The position numbers and the translations under genes were made by a program. From contig CAIQOK010000163.1 of the NCBI GenBank assembly GCA_903873415.1, positions 11,985 through 75,984 on the forward strand: a stretch of DNA of 64,000 nt, given 5' to 3'. This document shows positions 63,922 to 64,000 of this stretch, piece by piece; position 1 is the first letter of the stretch; each line of letters begins with the position of its first letter. Source of the stretch: an uncultured Verrucomicrobiota bacterium (GTDB taxonomy: Bacteria; Verrucomicrobiota; Verrucomicrobiia; Limisphaerales; CAIQOK01). Below the pieces are notes generated by a model. It did not search any database. It had not been told where the DNA came from and saw only the letters and a program-made list of their open reading frames with translations.

Positions 63922-64000
63922 TTGCGGCAGCTCCTTTCAGACTCGCAAAACCCGACGATCCCTGAAACATTTCCCCCGATTGTCAGCGCTAGAAATTTGA

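Overview
By eye this is a GC-rich, densely coding bacterial chromosomal segment. I did not compute GC content. I support about 50 protein-coding genes. I found no rRNA, tRNA or CRISPR array. Many genes start with GTG or TTG, and neighbouring genes often overlap by 1-4 nt. I cannot assign a taxon from the sequence alone.

Gene order, left to right:
- (a) A partial secreted coiled-coil gene at the left edge.
- (b) A ~13.8 kb co-directional cluster (537-14362). It holds two circularly permuted ATP-grasp/Alpha-E modules, three transglutaminase-fold proteins and an unassigned 1140-aa protein.
- (c) Central carbon genes zwf, pgl, a frameshifted PPi-type phosphofructokinase, a degraded transposase relic, and gap.
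- (d) efp, uvrC and trpD.
- (e) A MacAB-like efflux set coupled to a Sua5-type tsaC.
- (f) A 1149-aa LplT-PlsC-Aas fusion.
- (g) coaD and yceD-rpmF-plsX-fabH, followed by a PilZ-like ORF, pilT and an LMW phosphatase.
- (h) rnhC, mutY, a RodZ-like gene, a double-module U32 protein, an SDR and a TPR protein.
- (i) An Lrp/aminotransferase pair, an isochorismatase, and a PAS histidine kinase with a receiver.
- (j) A minus-strand envelope operon: htrA, a GldA/F/G-like ABC system, a DUF4340-like gene and an AsmA/YhdP-like gene.
- (k) A DUF2851-like gene and rplM-rpsI.

The best candidates for poorly understood biology are:
- the nested ATP-grasp/Alpha-E/transglutaminase supercluster;
- the 1140-aa protein embedded in it, which has PEPCK-like motifs and may be a PPi-dependent PEP carboxykinase;
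- the hard-wired ABC/GldG/DUF4340/AsmA-like operon.

All family assignments come from reading the translated ORFs and recalling family motifs. No database search was run.
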